Assembly: GCA_905479545.1 (NCBI GenBank)
Contig: CAJQNE010000435.1
Coordinates: forward strand, 1-26,354
DNA length: 26,354 nucleotides
Reading direction: 5' to 3'
Source of the DNA: an uncultured Gammaproteobacteria bacterium
GTDB lineage: Bacteria; Pseudomonadota; Gammaproteobacteria; CAJQNE01
Of this stretch, positions 1 through 8,458 are shown piece after piece (position 1 is the stretch's first letter; every line of letters starts with the position of its first letter). The translations under genes were made by a program, and so were the position numbers. The notes beneath the pieces were generated by a model, which was not told where the DNA came from, searched no databases, and saw nothing but the letters and a program-made list of their open reading frames with translations.

Positions 1-2
1 AC

Positions 3-1361
3 AGTGAAAGTAAGTTACTATTTCTGGGTGGGCTCGACGACTGGGGTTCAATGCGAGCCGGTGTGCCCGATTCGATGAAAACTGTGCTACTGCCGGGCGT
101 GTCGGTGGATAACTTGCCTGACGACGCGACTCGCTGGGACGACGCTGTCGCTAGTGCCAGCCCATTGGCTGAGCCGGTGAGCCGGGCGGCTGATGATCTC
201 GCCCGGTTGGTATATACCTCCGGTAGCACCGGTAGACCGAAGGGTGTGATGATTTCTTTTGGCAGCATGGCGGCAGCGTCGGCGCTGCTTTCCAACCTTA
301 CCGAGGTGAGCCCGGACGACCGGATGATTTCTTACTTGCCTTTGGCCCACGTCTTCGAGGCGGCGGCAGTGCTTACGGCCTCGTTACGCTACGGTTTTCA
401 GGTGTATTTCAGTGAAGGTTTGGCGACCTTTGCCGCTGATTTGCAACGTGCCCGGCCGACTATTTTTCACTCCGTGCCACGGCTGTGGGTGAAGTTCCAA
501 CAGGCGGTGCAGTCAAAACTGCCACAGGCGAAACTTGATGAGTTACTGGCCAACCCGGCCAGTGCAGAGCCAACCCGTAAGCAAATACTTACGCAGCTCG
601 GCCTGCAGGATACCCGCATCGCAGTCACCGGCTCAGCACCATTGGCGCCATCGGTTATGGAATGGTATCGCAGCCTCGGCCTGGAGCTGCTGGAAGGCTA
701 TGGTATGTCCGAAGATTTCACCTACTCGCACTGCTCACGACCCGGTGAGTCCCGCATCGGCTACGTCGGCCATGCCAACGAGGGTGTTCAGCGACGAATT
801 GACGACAGTGGCGAAGTGCAGATCAAAAGCCCGGCGGTTATGCAGGGCTACTACAAAGAGCCGGAGAAAACTGCCGAAGCTTTCACCGAAGAGGGCTGGT
901 TCCGTACCGGCGATTTAGGTGAGGTGGATGAAGCAGGGCGGCTGCGTATCACCGGCCGGATGAAAGAGCTGTTTAAAACCAGCAAGGGTAAATATGTTGC
1001 GCCCGCACCGATCGAGAATAAGTTCGGCCACCCATATATAGAAGCAATGTGTGTCAGCGGTGCGAACCAGCCACAGCCGTTCATACTGCTGATGCCGAGT
1101 GCTGAATCCCGGCCGAAACTTGAAAGCGCTGAAGCGCGGGCTGAATTCGAAGCTCAGATCGAAGCGACGATGGACAAAGTTAACGCGACGTTAGACCCGC
1201 ATGAAAAGCTGGGTTTTGCCGTGGTAGTGGCTGACCAGTGGACCATTGAAGACGGCTTCCTGACACCGACCATGAAGATCAAACGGAATGTGATCGAAGA
1301 GAATTACGAGTCGCAGGTTGATGGTTGGTATGCAGCCAAACAGCGCGTTATCTGGGCTTAA
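3..1361 (+). CDS. AMP-binding protein / long-chain fatty acyl-CoA ligase (5'-truncated by window edge)
   Basis: ANL-family motifs YTSGSTGRPKG, EGYGMSE, WFRTGDLG, RITGRMKELFK and TPTMKIKR. The frame is open from position 3 (SESKLLFLGGLDDWGS) into the tracked Met at 51, so the true start lies upstream of the window. Confidence 0.93.
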   Translation, partial: SESKLLFLGGLDDWGSMRAGVPDSMKTVLLPGVSVDNLPDDATRWDDAVASASPLAEPVSRAADDLARLVYTSGSTGRPKGVMISFGSMAAASALLSNLTEVSPDDRMISYLPLAHVFEAAAVLTASLRYGFQVYFSEGLATFAADLQRARPTIFHSVPRLWVKFQQAVQSKLPQAKLDELLANPASAEPTRKQILTQLGLQDTRIAVTGSAPLAPSVMEWYRSLGLELLEGYGMSEDFTYSHCSRPGESRIGYVGHANEGVQRRIDDSGEVQIKSPAVMQGYYKEPEKTAEAFTEEGWFRTGDLGEVDEAGRLRITGRMKELFKTSKGKYVAPAPIENKFGHPYIEAMCVSGANQPQPFILLMPSAESRPKLESAEARAEFEAQIEATMDKVNATLDPHEKLGFAVVVADQWTIEDGFLTPTMKIKRNVIEENYESQVDGWYAAKQRVIWA

Positions 1362-1377
1362 TCGAAAGGCTTGGCTA

Positions 1378-1501
1378 AAGAGGGTGATGTAAAACAGCAT
1401 CATTGCGAGCGCAGCGCGGCAATCTCTAAGCTCAAAGGTAGTGAGATTGCCGCGCTACGCTCGCAATGACAGGCTATTTGTTAGTTTAACGACGGCCTGT
1501 T
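1378..1501. mobile_element. Short MITE-like element: imperfect terminal inverted repeats enclosing a REP-like hairpin (copy 1)
   Basis: Left end AAGAGGGTGATGTAAAAC (1378-1395) matches the reverse complement of 1484-1501 (AACAGGCCGTCGTTAAAC) at 12/18. The left end is 15/18 identical to the right TIR of the 22779-22957 element. It lies between convergent genes. Confidence 0.5.
1400..1469. repeat. REP-like palindrome (GTCATTGCGAG...CTCGCAATGAC type), copy 1
   Basis: 27-bp arms TCATTGCGAGCGCAGCGCGGCAATCTC / GAGATTGCCGCGCTACGCTCGCAATGA with 1 mismatch and a 16-nt loop. A near-identical copy is at 8359-8430. Confidence 0.9.
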
Positions 1502-1570
1502 TGGTTATAGGTTAGTTCGATTATGAGCGGCGCTTGGCGCACTAATTCAACGTTAATTATGCTGGCCCAA

Positions 1571-2368
1571 TCAGCCGTTCTGCTTACCCACCAGCTCAGT
1601 AATAAGTCGCTGTAACCAGCGAGGCTGATGCTTGCCGAGTGTGATTAAGGCCCGGTTGCTGGCACCGTTAATATAGAGCGGCTTACCGGCCATACAGGCG
1701 GCATAGCCTTGCTGTGCGACTTCCTCGGCACTCATGTTTTTCACAAACGGTACATTCATCGATTTACCGTCTTCTTTGGCAATCATGTCTGTCTCGGTAA
1801 AGCCGGGGCACAGCGCGGTCACAGTAACGCCTTTGTCTTTTAGCTCAATATTCAGCGCCTCGGAAAACGACAGCACGAAGGCCTTGCTAGCTGCGTAAGT
1901 GGAAAGGTAGGGAATAGGTTGAAAGGCTGAAGTAGAGGCGATATTCATAATCCGGCCTTGCCCGCGTTCCAACATGCCGGGCAGTACACGGTGGCTCAGT
2001 GCCATGAGTGTGCCGATATTCACTTGCAGCAATTGTTGATGTTGGGGTTCTGGTGTTTCCCAAAACGGGCCTTCGTACAACAGCCCGGCGTTGTTGACCA
2101 GAATATCAATTACCAAACCCAGTTCGGTTGCTTTAAACAGCAACGCCTCTGCGGCATTGGTGGCACTCAGGTCCTGCGGTATCACCGTCGCCTTGATACT
2201 GTGCTTGCGTTGTAAGTCTTCGGCCAGACTTTGCAACTTATGGGCGCTGCGAGCCACCAGAATTACATCGTGACCGTTGCGGGCAAACTCAGTAGCGATA
2301 GCGGCCCCTATACCGCTAGACGCGCCGGTGACCAGCGCGGTGCCTTTGTTGTTGGTTTTGTTGGTCAT
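1571..2368 (-). CDS. Classical short-chain dehydrogenase/reductase (SDR, DltE-like)
   Basis: TGASSGIG Rossmann motif, NNAG, catalytic S and YAASK (YxxxK), PGFTET. Confidence 0.95.
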   Translation of the reverse strand: MTNKTNNKGTALVTGASSGIGAAIATEFARNGHDVILVARSAHKLQSLAEDLQRKHSIKATVIPQDLSATNAAEALLFKATELGLVIDILVNNAGLLYEGPFWETPEPQHQQLLQVNIGTLMALSHRVLPGMLERGQGRIMNIASTSAFQPIPYLSTYAASKAFVLSFSEALNIELKDKGVTVTALCPGFTETDMIAKEDGKSMNVPFVKNMSAEEVAQQGYAACMAGKPLYINGASNRALITLGKHQPRWLQRLITELVGKQNG

Positions 2369-2718
2369 GGTTTATTCCGGGTCGGGTCAGGCGGCTTCGA
2401 GGTGGACGGGTAGGCGTTGTACCTGCGGTGCAGTGTCACAACAGGCGATGGCCTAACTATACCCATCGGCCGGAGCTGCATTCCCTCCGAATTAATAGCC
2501 TTAAAGTCGGCAATCGGCTTATGCATAAGTTAGCGATGAATTTTTGACGGATTTAGGCTTAACTACTGGTGAAGTAGGTGTATTCTTATTGTATTCGTAT
2601 TAACGGTTGCTGTTCCCTGGAGTGCGCCGTTAGCGAGCCTGCCCGTGTGTGCATTGCACTTGTGAACTACACTTGTGAATTGTACGAAAGGCGACCTTGG
2701 CCAAAATGGAAGTAGCTG

Positions 2719-5433
2719 ATGCCCGCGTCTGAACAGGTCATAGCAGTGCTGCAAGCCTGCCCCGTATTTGCCGATTTGCCGGAGGCGGAAGTGCGGCAGC
2801 TTGCCGGGCTGGGGCAGTGCGTTACGGTACCTGCTGACGAGCTTCTTCTGAGCCAGGGCGATGTGGCCGATGCGCTTTATGTGTTGGCAGCGGGTAGCGC
2901 GGAAGTGTACTGCGCTGACGAGCAGGGCCAGAAGACCATTCTTACTGAGCTGGGGCCGAACGAATGTTTCGGCGAGATGAGCTATTTCTCCGGCGCTTTG
3001 CGGTCGGCCTCGGTACGGGCAAAGGTTGAGTGCCGCCTGGTTAGAATTGCTTATAACGACCTTAAGCAAGCGCTCTGCTCTTCGGCAGAGCTGAATCGCA
3101 AGTTTCTCGATATTATCAGTGAGCGCTTGCGGCACACCAATATGCGCATGCAAGCCACCAGTAGCCACGCCCGGCGGGTGGAACGGGCGCTGGAAAGCCT
3201 GCGTGACTTTGTCGACATGTCTGACGTACTCGACATGCGGATGGATATTGAAGGTCTTATTCGCCAGGTCGTTCATTCCGCCAGTCAGGTGCTCAGCGCT
3301 GATCGTGCTTCGCTGTTCCTGCTCGATCCGCTCAGCGGCGACCTCTGGTCGAAAGTGGCTGAAGGCGAGGGCACCCGTGAGATTTGCATTCCGGCCGGCA
3401 CCGGTGTGGCCGGTTGGGTCGCGACCCATGGCGAGCTGCAGAACATTGCCGATGCCTACGATGATGAACGGTTCAATCGTGATATCGACCGCGACACCGG
3501 CTACCGGACTCGTTCGATTTTATGCGGGCCGGTAAAGAACCTGCAGGGCGAAGTGATCGGTGTCATTCAGGTTATCAATAAGCGCAGCGGCGAAGGCCTA
3601 CCGGCGGCTGAATTTACCGCTGAGGACGAGGCGCTGTTTCGGGCGTTCTCTTACCAGACGGCCATTTCGGTTGAGAACTTCCGTCTGTATCAGCGAATGG
3701 TCAGCAGCCAGCAAAAAATGGTGCTGATGCTCGATGTGGCGACCTCGGTGGGCCAGACGCTGGACCTGGATCTGCTGATGGACCGCATCGTCATTAAAAT
3801 AACCGAGGTGTTGGAAGCGGACCGCTCGTCGTTGTTTCTGGTTGATCATGCGACCGGCGAGCTGTGGGCCAAAAGTGCCCAGGGAACCGGAGTTAAAGAA
3901 ATTCGTTTTCCACTGAATTCGGGCTTGGCCGGGCACGTCGCCACTACGGGTGAAGTGCTGAATATCGAGGATGCTTACGAGGACCCACGTTTTAATCAGG
4001 CCTTCGATAAAAGCACTGGTTTTCGCACCCGCAGCATGCTTTGCTGCCCGGTAAAAAACCGCGATGGTGAAGTGCTCGGCGTGACTCAGGTGATGAATAA
4101 ACACGCCGGTAGTCACGGCGAAATTGGCCCGTTTAGCGAAGACGATATTGAACTGCTGCTGGCGCTGTCGGCGCAAATTGCCGTCGCTCTGCAAAACGCC
4201 AAACTGTACGAAAACACCCGGGCGATGAAGAACTATCTGGAGAGCGTGCAGGAGAGCATTTCCAACAGCATTATCACGCTCGATAATCAGTGGCGTATCC
4301 AGACCGTTAACCGCGCTGCTGCAACCTTGCTGGAAGTAGACGCTGAGGGACTGGTGGGGCAAAACTTGCGGGAACTAATTGGTGAGGCAAATCCCGGTGT
4401 TATCAGTGCCATTGAAAACATCTACGCCAATCGCAAGATGCTGATTGAATACGATGTGACGCTTCAATTGCCCAATAGTCAGGAGCATTCGTTAAACGTC
4501 AACTACCTGCCGCTGCTCGCCCATGATGGCGAGAATCTGGGTGTGATCGCGGTGTTCGAGGACATCACCCGTGAAAAACGGGTTAAGAGCACGCTGACCC
4601 GCTATATGTCGAAAGACATCGTTGACCGGCTATTGTCTGACCCATCCCGTCAGGGTCTGGGTGGCAGCAGCAGTAAGGCTACCATTCTGTTTTCCGACAT
4701 CCGCAGTTTTACTGGTATTTCAGAGCACTACAGCGCCGAGCAGCTGGTGGAGTTTCTTAACGGCTACTTTGGTGCCATGGTCGAAACCGTATTCACCCAC
4801 AAGGGCGTACTCGATAAGTACATCGGCGACGCGCTAATGGCGGTTTTCGGCGTACCCTATGAGCAACCTGACGATGCCAGTCGCGCTGTTGCTGCAGCGC
4901 TGGATATGATCAAGGCGCTGGAGGGGCTCAATGAAGTTCGTGTCACTAACGGCGAAGATGCCATTAGCATCGGCATTGGCATCAGCTCCGGCAAAATCGT
5001 CTCCGGTAATGTCGGCTCCGAGAAGCGGATGGAGTTCACGGTAATCGGTGACGACGTGAACATTGCCTCGCGGCTGGAAGGATTGACCAAATTCTATGGC
5101 GTGCCGCTGATTATTTCCGAGGGCACCCTGGCCGGGCTATCGGACGATTTTCTGGTGCGGCCGCTGGACTGCGTGCAGGTTAAAGGCAAGAAAAGGGCGG
5201 TCGAAATTTTTGAGGTTATGGGCCGCCAGGGAGACAGGATATTGCTCGACGTTGAAGGCTATCTGGTCGGCTACGATGCCTATCGCGACGGTGATTTTGC
5301 CGCTGCGGTCGAAGCGCTTGCTGACTTGGTGGAACATGACCCGGTGAGCCGCTTGATTTCGCAACGCAGTGAAGAGCTGCTGCGTAATCCTGACAAGAGC
5401 TGGGACGGGGTTTGGGCCTGGGACGTTAAGTAG
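2719..5433 (+). CDS. Class III adenylate cyclase with cNMP-binding, tandem GAF, PAS and C-terminal TPR-like domains (CyaB1-like plus N-terminal cNMP domain)
   Basis: cNMP cassette FGEMSYFSGALRSASV. Two GAFs with FNxxxDxxTG(Y/F)RTRS and NK...F...D motifs, then a PAS region. Cyclase motifs LFSDIRSFT, DKYIGDALMA and EFTVIGDDVNIASRLE, with a WDGV-containing tail. Confidence 0.93.
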   Translation: MPASEQVIAVLQACPVFADLPEAEVRQLAGLGQCVTVPADELLLSQGDVADALYVLAAGSAEVYCADEQGQKTILTELGPNECFGEMSYFSGALRSASVRAKVECRLVRIAYNDLKQALCSSAELNRKFLDIISERLRHTNMRMQATSSHARRVERALESLRDFVDMSDVLDMRMDIEGLIRQVVHSASQVLSADRASLFLLDPLSGDLWSKVAEGEGTREICIPAGTGVAGWVATHGELQNIADAYDDERFNRDIDRDTGYRTRSILCGPVKNLQGEVIGVIQVINKRSGEGLPAAEFTAEDEALFRAFSYQTAISVENFRLYQRMVSSQQKMVLMLDVATSVGQTLDLDLLMDRIVIKITEVLEADRSSLFLVDHATGELWAKSAQGTGVKEIRFPLNSGLAGHVATTGEVLNIEDAYEDPRFNQAFDKSTGFRTRSMLCCPVKNRDGEVLGVTQVMNKHAGSHGEIGPFSEDDIELLLALSAQIAVALQNAKLYENTRAMKNYLESVQESISNSIITLDNQWRIQTVNRAAATLLEVDAEGLVGQNLRELIGEANPGVISAIENIYANRKMLIEYDVTLQLPNSQEHSLNVNYLPLLAHDGENLGVIAVFEDITREKRVKSTLTRYMSKDIVDRLLSDPSRQGLGGSSSKATILFSDIRSFTGISEHYSAEQLVEFLNGYFGAMVETVFTHKGVLDKYIGDALMAVFGVPYEQPDDASRAVAAALDMIKALEGLNEVRVTNGEDAISIGIGISSGKIVSGNVGSEKRMEFTVIGDDVNIASRLEGLTKFYGVPLIISEGTLAGLSDDFLVRPLDCVQVKGKKRAVEIFEVMGRQGDRILLDVEGYLVGYDAYRDGDFAAAVEALADLVEHDPVSRLISQRSEELLRNPDKSWDGVWAWDVK

Positions 5434-5468
5434 CAGAGGCTGCCTGCACTGCTCTGTAAGCTGAGCAG

Positions 5469-6326
5469 TTAAGTGCGTTGCAACTTTAATTCTATGTAGG
5501 CGTTTTCTTGCTTGGCCTGACTCACGGCCAACTGCAGGGTGGTGTGGTCCGTATCGGTGGATTTTTGCGCCAATAACCGAAGGCTAAACGGCAGGTCGAG
5601 TTCTACGTACCGTTTGAACTGCGCCTCGCCAGCTATGCACTCTAGCTTGCCACCCAAAAAAGCGTGGGCTGCCTGCAAAGCACAGTCTAATAAATGCCCG
5701 GCGTTTACATGGTCGCCGGTGCCGGTATGGAAAGGGTGCGTAGGGTGGAAGCCGGCTTCGCTGGTAACCTGAGCATCGACCCATTGCTCGCCGTCGAGCT
5801 CCTGGGCTCGCGTTACAAAGCTGATGCCGTCAGACCCCAGGCCCAGTTCATTAGGCGCAGCGAAATTCAGAGTGGCTGGGGATAAGGTCGCCAGCGCCTC
5901 GGCCCGGGATGCGGCTCGCATGGCCTTAAACTGCGCAACCGGAAAGTCTCTTCCGCGCCCCGTTTGCTTAAATACTTTGGCACCACTCGCTGTATAGCCG
6001 GTCAATTCGAAGCCCGACCGGCCTTCTTCAACGATAGAGTTAAAACTGCCCTGGTCCGCGTGCAGCTGATCGCTGTCATTCCGAAAGATTTCCCAACGTA
6101 CCTGCGTTAAGGCGGTGAGCACAGAGTCGTCGAATTTCCCTTCGGCGATATAAACGCTGAGCGTGGAGAAATACAGGTATTTATCCTGCAAAACGGGGTG
6201 GTTCACAGGTAACGATAACCAAGGCCAGCGATCGTGATTCAGGTCGTAACGCAGCGTGGCCCGGCCATTGGTTAGTGACTCGATGTCGACAAAGTTATGG
6301 GTCTGGCCGGGGATAGAAATTTTCAT
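5469..6326 (-). CDS. Hypothetical protein, probable double hotdog fold with AfsA-like C-terminal half
   Basis: 285-aa ORF. HPFHTGTGDHVNAGHLLDCALQAA and FKRYVELDLPF resemble the AfsA/ScbA hotdog motifs DHVPGMxLxEAARQ and FxRYAELDxPC. The CDS is well supported; the function is tentative. Confidence 0.7.
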   Translation of the reverse strand: MKISIPGQTHNFVDIESLTNGRATLRYDLNHDRWPWLSLPVNHPVLQDKYLYFSTLSVYIAEGKFDDSVLTALTQVRWEIFRNDSDQLHADQGSFNSIVEEGRSGFELTGYTASGAKVFKQTGRGRDFPVAQFKAMRAASRAEALATLSPATLNFAAPNELGLGSDGISFVTRAQELDGEQWVDAQVTSEAGFHPTHPFHTGTGDHVNAGHLLDCALQAAHAFLGGKLECIAGEAQFKRYVELDLPFSLRLLAQKSTDTDHTTLQLAVSQAKQENAYIELKLQRT

Positions 6327-6399
6327 ATGGGTCTAAGCCGCTTGCGCCAGTGAATAAAGCAAGCGACTTACTGAAGTTGCAGCGAAGTGGCAGCACCGG

Positions 6400-7023
6400 C
6401 TAGCCATCACAATTTCCACAGGCGCATACCGGAGCACAGGCACAACATACTTGTGGCCGACTTGAGCCTCCTCCTCCTCCGCCGGAATCTCTCACGGATT
6501 GAACAGCCGGAAGCAGCAACCCTGCCGTCGCCGTGCCATTAGCCGTCTTAAGCTGGCCCGATACCAAAGGGTCAAATACTGCTTCGGCCTCGGTTATCGA
6601 GGTTAATACAATCACCACAGACTCGGCGGCGCCACTGTTGGCGATCTGACGCCCGGAAATTTCGACACAGGCACCCTTGCCGCTGGAAAAAATAAGATCG
6701 CTAATGACAATAGGCAGTGCAGTATTGATATCCAGACTGTCAAAAACCTCCACTCCGGTGCTCGACCAAACGACCGTTCCGGGTTTTTGCTGCGGTGAGT
6801 GCCGACGGCTCGAATAGCGTTTTTCCCTGTCTTTGAAGCCCAGCTTAGTAACAACAGAGATATCCGAAGCGCAGACGTTAAGATTCTGCTCAGCTTCGAT
6901 AGCCACCGGGCCGATTACAGAAACGACCCGGTCGAAACGAAGTTGCCTTTTTGCGTCGCCAGCCAATGCGTTAGTCAGCATTGCAGAGCTAGCGAATATG
7001 ATTAATACCGTTATAAATTTCAT
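6400..7023 (-). CDS. Secreted hypothetical protein with GLLLPAVQ motif, Gly6 linker and Cys-rich C-terminal tail
   Basis: RBS GAGGA upstream of the ATG and signal peptide MKFITVLIIFASSAMLTNALA. The protein ends GLLLPAVQSVRDS-GGGGGG-SSRPQVCCACAPVCACGNCDG. Confidence 0.8.
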   Translation of the reverse strand: MKFITVLIIFASSAMLTNALAGDAKRQLRFDRVVSVIGPVAIEAEQNLNVCASDISVVTKLGFKDREKRYSSRRHSPQQKPGTVVWSSTGVEVFDSLDINTALPIVISDLIFSSGKGACVEISGRQIANSGAAESVVIVLTSITEAEAVFDPLVSGQLKTANGTATAGLLLPAVQSVRDSGGGGGGSSRPQVCCACAPVCACGNCDG

Positions 7024-7281
7024 AGTATTTCATCCTCGTCACGCTAAAAAACGGCGTCATGCTGATGCTAATGACACCGGGAAATTAATCGTAACGCCAA
7101 ACGCCCTGAGACGCCTAAATAACGGTATTTGGACACATTCCGGCGCTTATCAGACATATTTCCGAGCAACAGACCGGCCACGTTGTTTGTTGGACGCAGA
7201 GAGTTTCAACGTCATGGCAAAACCCGCGTTCGCGATTCACTAAATTTCCGGCTAACCCTGTAGGCGTGGCCCGTCAGCGAC

Positions 7282-8190
7282 TCAGGTCTGTGCCGGTTGA
7301 AGTTCATAACCGTACTTCGGGAAATGTACATGCACTGTGCCAACCTTAGGGTGGTGGCGTTGTAGCACCCATGCTCCCTCGCTTTCACTCACTAGTAGTC
7401 CGGCGACCGGGTCGCGAGCGTAATCGCGCGGCGCAATACTGACAGACTCAGGCGTGATGACTGCAGTTTCAGGCGATGCTGGTTCCGCTGCGCGGGCTAT
7501 ATCAAGTGCCTGACCCGCGCTTAGGGCCTCGGGCTCGCCTTGGCCGAAGGCTGTCATGCGGGAATACCATGCAGCTATCCGGGGGTGGTTGTCGAGCCAG
7601 GGTTTGCCAGCGAAATCACAGGCTAACCACAGCGAGTAATAGGCAGAAAAATCGGCGATGCAGGGTTGGTTGCCGAACAAAAAGTCAGCCGTGAGCAGCG
7701 CGTCCATGTCGCTAAGGTAGGCTCGGATTTTGGCGGTTGCCTGTTTGCCTACGGCCGGTTTAATCTTTGCTTTAAGGCCGATTCCGATCCGGTCTTTAAA
7801 GAATTTTAAGGTCTCCAGCAGTGAGGTGTTTCTCACTAGTCCGGTAACAAGCCCGCTACCGGCAGTCAGAATGAAAGTCATAAACATCTCATTGTCAGCT
7901 TTCCGCACAAAGGTCTGAACTTCCTCTGAGCAGTTCTCAAGCGCTAATTCCGGCTTGCCCGTAAGCCGGGCAATCTCGCTCGTAATCGTTTGTGTATCAC
8001 AAAATACATCAGCGCCTATTTGTGCAACCGGAATTTTGCGATAGCCACCCGTTAGTATTTTCAGCTCAGGGCGTGGTGGCATCGCCGCTACGATTACGCT
8101 GCGCCATGGCAGGCCGGTGTAGCCCAGCATTAAGCGGATTTTTTCAGAGTAGGGTGACATCGGGTAGTTGTAGAGAATCAGATCTGCCAT
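7282..8190 (-). CDS. Glutathione S-transferase family protein
   Basis: N-terminal YPMSPYSEKIRLMLG, GGYRKIPVAQIG and CDTQ. GST-C motif FLFGNQPCIADFSAY and C-terminal HPKVGTVHVHFPKYGY extension. Confidence 0.92.
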   Translation of the reverse strand: MADLILYNYPMSPYSEKIRLMLGYTGLPWRSVIVAAMPPRPELKILTGGYRKIPVAQIGADVFCDTQTITSEIARLTGKPELALENCSEEVQTFVRKADNEMFMTFILTAGSGLVTGLVRNTSLLETLKFFKDRIGIGLKAKIKPAVGKQATAKIRAYLSDMDALLTADFLFGNQPCIADFSAYYSLWLACDFAGKPWLDNHPRIAAWYSRMTAFGQGEPEALSAGQALDIARAAEPASPETAVITPESVSIAPRDYARDPVAGLLVSESEGAWVLQRHHPKVGTVHVHFPKYGYELQPAQT

Positions 8191-8277
8191 GAAGTGTTGT
8201 TGTCGTTCAGAAAGTTGAGCTTAGTGTACTGGTTTGGTTAGGCAGTTGGCTGGTAGCGATTTATCCGTGCGGGAGGC

Positions 8278-8311
8278 ATAAAAAAACCGGGTCAGCTGAT
8301 GCTTTCCCGGT
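8278..8311 (-). terminator. Probable intrinsic terminator for the minus-strand peroxidase transcript
   Basis: Stem ACCGGG(TC)AGC / GCT(TT)CCCGGT. The A-run on the + strand to its left is a U-tract on the minus strand. Confidence 0.6.
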
Positions 8312-8358
8312 CTCGTTAATCGTAGATAGTGCGGCTACGAAGGGTGCTGAAAATTTGC

Positions 8359-8430
8359 GTCATGGCGAGCGGAGCGCGACGATCTCTATGCTCAAAGGTA
8401 ATGAGATCGCCGCGCTGCGCTCGCGATGAC
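8359..8430. repeat. REP-like palindrome, copy 2 (starts CGTCAT)
   Basis: 28-bp arms with 3 mismatches and the same 16-nt loop core (CTCAAAGGTA) as copy 1, followed by the same AGGCTAT flank. It is preceded by AGGGTGCTGAAAA, similar to the left end of copy 1. Confidence 0.9.
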
Positions 8431-8458
8431 AGGCTATGTATTCAGCCTATAGCAATCG

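Noticed and set aside
2563-4362. Long minus-strand ORFs 2563-3429 (288 aa) and 3598-4362 (254 aa)
   Set aside because: They are antisense shadows of the cyclase CDS with no recognisable motifs.
6833-7243. 136-aa plus-strand ORF
   Set aside because: It overlaps the better-supported secreted protein antisense and has no RBS or motif support.
1400-8430. Repeats as a possible CRISPR array
   Set aside because: There are only two copies 7 kb apart, they are long palindromes without spacers, and no cas genes are present.
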